Of a stretch of DNA of 64,000 nucleotides, positions 60,984 through 64,000 are shown piece by piece. The notes under the pieces are model-generated. The model saw only the letters and a program-made list of their open reading frames with translations. It ran no database searches and had not been told where the DNA came from. The position numbers were made by a program, and so were the translations under genes. Position 1 is the first letter of the stretch; the number at the start of each line of letters is the position of its first letter. Source of the stretch: Vicinamibacterales bacterium. Its GTDB lineage: Bacteria; Acidobacteriota; Vicinamibacteria; Vicinamibacterales; SCN-69-37. The stretch is from NCBI GenBank assembly GCA_038918905.1, contig JBCKZS010000007.1, forward strand, positions 9,610-73,609, given 5' to 3'.

Positions 60984-61010
60984 GAAACCGGATCAAGCTC
61001 ATCACCTGGT

Positions 61011-61713
61011 TTACCTGACTGTCACCTGGGCACTTCGCGCGTCTTCCCATCGCCCGGTGCGACGGTTCCAGACGAACGCGGTCACTTCCCATGTGCCGGG
61101 ATCCAGGCGGGTGGTGAGCGAGAAGCCCGCGCGGTTGAACCGCGCGCCAAAGGCCCGCGCCACATCCGGCCTCGCGACGTTCAGCGCCGCCTCACCGAGG
61201 AAGACAGGCGCCGTTTCTCCAGGAACCAGGGGCCCGATCTTCCGCGCCCACACATGCACCGCTCCAATGCCGGCGCCGATCGACGCCTGATCGTCAAGCG
61301 CCCATCCATCGACGCGCACGCCACACGCCGCACCCTGCACTCCGCACTGAGTCCAGATACATGCGCACTTCCGAGTCGCCCTCGCGGGCCGAGGTGGCCG
61401 GCGCAACCGTGACGTGCACGTCGATGCGCTCACCACGCCGCAGGAACGCAAGCTGATACGGGCCAATGGCTCCGGGCCCCGGCACCCAGGTGAAGTGGCC
61501 GCCAGTCATCGCCGCGCCAACCGGCAGGTCGCGCAATGTGCCGTTGGCCACCAGGTACGCCGCCTCAACACCCGATCCGAGCCAGACTTCCGCGCGGTCC
61601 ATTTCGGCGATGCGCACGTGGCGTTCGCCATTGGCATCCGGGGCCAGGTCCAGCCACGGCTGCCGCAGGTCAAATCCGGTGCGCGCCCAGATGCCGCCAT
61701 CTCCAGACGGCAT
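61011..61713 (-). pseudogene. high-G+C fragment of an Ig-like surface/secreted protein, frameshifted
   Basis: ORF 61294..61713 (…HFTWVPGPGAIGPYQLAFLRRGERIDVHVTV…EVRMYLD) continues in another frame as ORF 61011..61466 (…VDGWALDDQASIGAGIGAVHVWARKIG…GTWEVTAFVWNRRTGRWEDA). No signal peptide. It abuts the direct repeat at 61728. Confidence 0.5.
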
Positions 61714-61727
61714 GCCGTCGATCGACT

Positions 61728-61789
61728 CTGCCAGTGTCTGATAGGGGAGGTTATGTCAGGGGAACAGCCCCTTAATACGGCTTATCGTC
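61728..61789 (+). repeat. direct repeat copy 2 (62 bp)
   Basis: ctgccagtgtctgataggggaggttatgtcaggggaacagccccttaatacggcttatcgtc. Same orientation as 49884-49946, 11,844 bp away, and 49 nt upstream of the SDR start. Confidence 0.9.
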
Positions 61790-61838
61790 TCAGATATTTC
61801 TCACAACTGGCACAGTTGACGTCGGTTACAATCCCCGT

Positions 61839-62786
61839 ATGCCCCCGAACGGATTGCCATCGCTCCCCTCGCGAAAAGGGATCCGGCAACTGCACGGCAA
61901 GATCGTCGTCGTCACCGGAGCGGCACATGGGATCGGTCGCGCACTGGCGTTCGGCCTCTGGGACAAGGGCTGTCATCTCGCGCTGGTCGACCTGGACCAC
62001 AGCGGCCTCACTGCCCTTCGCGATCAGCTGACGACAATGGGCCGAGGCCAAACCGTCACCGCGCATGTCGCAAGTGTCGCCGACAAGGGGCGCATGCGCG
62101 AACTCGCCGACGACGTCGTTGACGCCCACGGCGCCGTGCATGTGCTCATCAACAATGCGGGCATCGGCCACGAAGCGGCGTTTCCACAAACCAGCCTCGA
62201 CGATTGGGAACGCATCATCGGCGTGAACCTGTGGGGCGTGATCCACGGGTGCCACTTCTTCCTGCCGCACCTGGCCAGGGTCGACCGGGCCCACATCGTC
62301 AACATCTCGAGCCTCTTCGGCATCGTCGCGATGGCGGGCCAGTCGGCGTACTGCGCGACCAAGTTCGCGGTGCGCGGTCTTTCGGAATCACTCTGGGAGG
62401 AACTGCGCGCCACATCCGTCGGCCTCACGCTGGTGCATCCCGCGGCAGTGGCCACCGGCATCATGACGCGCACCACGGGCGACGACCCGGAGTTGATCGA
62501 ACGGCTCGTGCACTGGTGGGACACGCATGGCATTCCTCCCGAGCGCGCGGCCTCACAGATCATTCGAGCCATCGAGAAGGGCACGCCGCGGCTCCTGATC
62601 TCGACGGACGCGGTCTTCGCTGATGTCATGAAGCGACTGATGCCCGTCATCGGCAACAAGCTCATCGGTGACGTCGTGATCCGCGCGGTCGGCGCGGAAG
62701 ACATGCGCGCAAAGCGCATTCAACAGTGGCGCAAGACCATGATCGACGGTCAACCGCCCGCCAGCAAGGGACGCGAACCGCGGTGA
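61839..62786 (+). CDS. short-chain dehydrogenase/reductase (classical SDR)
   Basis: GKIVVVTGAAHGIGRALA (TGxxxGxG), NNAG, and YCATKFAVRG (YxxxK). Confidence 0.85.
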   Translation: MPPNGLPSLPSRKGIRQLHGKIVVVTGAAHGIGRALAFGLWDKGCHLALVDLDHSGLTALRDQLTTMGRGQTVTAHVASVADKGRMRELADDVVDAHGAVHVLINNAGIGHEAAFPQTSLDDWERIIGVNLWGVIHGCHFFLPHLARVDRAHIVNISSLFGIVAMAGQSAYCATKFAVRGLSESLWEELRATSVGLTLVHPAAVATGIMTRTTGDDPELIERLVHWWDTHGIPPERAASQIIRAIEKGTPRLLISTDAVFADVMKRLMPVIGNKLIGDVVIRAVGAEDMRAKRIQQWRKTMIDGQPPASKGREPR

Positions 62787-64000
62787 CCACCGCGAGCGGC
62801 ACCCTCGATGCGAACATCATCGACGTCCTTATTGTGGGCGCCGGCATCAGCGGCATTGGCGCCGCGATTGAACTCCTGCGTCGCGGCCACACGTCTCTCA
62901 CGGTGCTCGAAGCCGCCAGCGAATTGGGCGGCACCTGGCGCGACAACACGTACCCTGGCGTGGCCGTCGACATTCCGTCGGTGTCGTACTGCTTCCGCTT
63001 TGAGTCCGATTTCCCCTGGTCTCGCAACTTTGCGCCGGGCCCTGAGATACAGCGCTATGTGCAGCACTGCGCTGAGAAGTACGGTGTCGCCGCGCACATT
63101 CGGTACGGCTCACGCGTGACGCGGAGCGAATTCGACCCCGTGTCCGATACGTGGGCGACGCATCTCGACGATGGCACCGTGACGAGGTCGCGCTATCTCA
63201 TCGCCGCCACTGGACTCTTCAGCCAGCCAACGCTGCCCGAGATCCCGGGACTCGAGACATTCGCCGACACCGCGATGCACACAGCGCGCTGGAACCACCG
63301 TCACGACCTGACAAGCAAGCGCGTCGCGATCATCGGGACCGGAGCATCGGCGGTGCAGATCGTGCCGCAAATCGCCCCGCTGGCCGCCGAGCTGCGAGTG
63401 TTTCAGCGGACGCCCGTCTGGATTGGTCCGCGATTCGACCGCCCGCTGAACGCGGAGTCCCGCCTGTCGCTGCGCCGCGTGTCAGCGATTCGGAAGCTGA
63501 TGCGCCTGGCGTCGGAGTTCGGCCTCGACACGCTGACCTTCTCCATCGTCAACTACCAGCGCTGGCCGTTCCCTGTGCGCCTGCTCCAGCGAGTGGTCCG
63601 GGCGTGGATGCGGCGCCAAGTCAACGATCCGGCCACGGCGGAGAAACTCCTGCCGGCGTACGGTCTTGGCTGCAAACGCCCGACGATCTCGAACAGCTAT
63701 TTGCCGACGTTCAATCGCGACAACGTCGTGCTCGTGACGCAACCGATTACCCGCATTGCACCCGACGGCGTGATCACGAGCGACGGTGTGTTGCATGCCG
63801 TGGACACACTGATCCTGGCGACCGGCTTCCTGACCACCGAGCAGGGCAACGCTCCTGGTTTCGAGGTGGTCGGCAGCGATGGCGTTGAGTTGGGGCAGTT
63901 CTGGTCCACCGACCGGCGGCAGGCGTATGCGGGCGTGTCGATGCCGGGGTATCCCAACTTCTTCCTGATCTCCGGCCCGTACTCTGGCGGCTTCAACTGG
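62783..64000 (+). CDS. flavin-containing / Baeyer-Villiger-type monooxygenase (3' end beyond window)
   Basis: Own translation from GTG 62783 (GTGA overlap with the SDR stop): VTTASGTLDANIIDVLIVGAGISGIGAA (FAD GxGxxG), FADTAMHTARW (FxGxxxHxxxW type), VAIIGTGASAVQ (NADPH GxGxxG). Open to the window end, hence absent from the ORF track. Confidence 0.8.
   Translation, partial: MTTASGTLDANIIDVLIVGAGISGIGAAIELLRRGHTSLTVLEAASELGGTWRDNTYPGVAVDIPSVSYCFRFESDFPWSRNFAPGPEIQRYVQHCAEKYGVAAHIRYGSRVTRSEFDPVSDTWATHLDDGTVTRSRYLIAATGLFSQPTLPEIPGLETFADTAMHTARWNHRHDLTSKRVAIIGTGASAVQIVPQIAPLAAELRVFQRTPVWIGPRFDRPLNAESRLSLRRVSAIRKLMRLASEFGLDTLTFSIVNYQRWPFPVRLLQRVVRAWMRRQVNDPATAEKLLPAYGLGCKRPTISNSYLPTFNRDNVVLVTQPITRIAPDGVITSDGVLHAVDTLILATGFLTTEQGNAPGFEVVGSDGVELGQFWSTDRRQAYAGVSMPGYPNFFLISGPYSGGFNW

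Larger units (their letters stand above)
59758..60995 (-). mobile_element. IS3-family insertion sequence (~1.24 kb)
   Basis: orfA plus orfB with an A7 slippery site. Imperfect terminal inverted repeats TGGACGGTTTAAC (59758) and the complement of ...GAAACCGGATCA (ending at 60995). Ends are approximate. Confidence 0.7.

Noticed and set aside
61808-61822. TGGCACagttgacgt upstream of the SDR gene as a sigma54 promoter
   Set aside because: The -12 element (TTGC) is not at the required spacing. Only the TGGCAC half matches.

Overview
High-G+C (about two-thirds by eye) gene-dense bacterial chromosome with many 4-nt start/stop overlaps. Phylum cannot be determined from the sequence alone. Layout: (i) 1-21.4 kb is a surface-polysaccharide locus: FkbM and two other methyltransferases, a Wzx-like flippase, a deacetylase, an LbH acetyltransferase, GT2/GT4 glycosyltransferases, two GT-C-like membrane proteins, two tandem paralogous Ig-domain lipoproteins and beta-barrel OMPs. 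(ii) 21.5-46.2 kb is housekeeping core (dapF, DASS permease, radC-like, metG, tatD-like, polyprenyl synthase, ligA, htrA-like, sigma54 response regulator, RNase P RNA, amidohydrolase, epimerase, gcvT-gcvH-gcvP). It is interrupted at 38.3-41.7 kb by an odd translationally coupled operon: ComEA-like, FimT/GspH-like pseudopilin, 72-aa protein, AAA+ enhancer-binding protein with a degenerate GAFTGA loop, then two proteins sharing a 4-Cys motif and a 60-aa membrane peptide. (iii) 46.2-61.8 kb is accessory DNA. It holds a MITE-like inverted repeat, a frameshifted IS1380-like element and an intact IS91-family transposase. Next comes a ~9-kb visibly lower-G+C (~50% by eye) ten-gene cassette: PqqD/RRE-like, epimerase, HPr-kinase-like kinase, GT4, 2x GT2, sulfotransferase, ABC exporter, nucleotidyltransferase. 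After that are an IS1182-like fragment cut by an IS3 element and a decayed surface-protein gene. A 62/63-bp direct repeat (49884 and 61728) brackets this block. (iv) 61.8-64 kb holds an SDR and a flavin monooxygenase (partial). The best novelty candidates are the RRE/kinase/sulfotransferase/glycosyltransferase cassette, which has no visible precursor, cyclase or protease, and the ComEA-pseudopilin-EBP-Cys-protein operon. No CRISPR array, tRNA or rRNA was seen.
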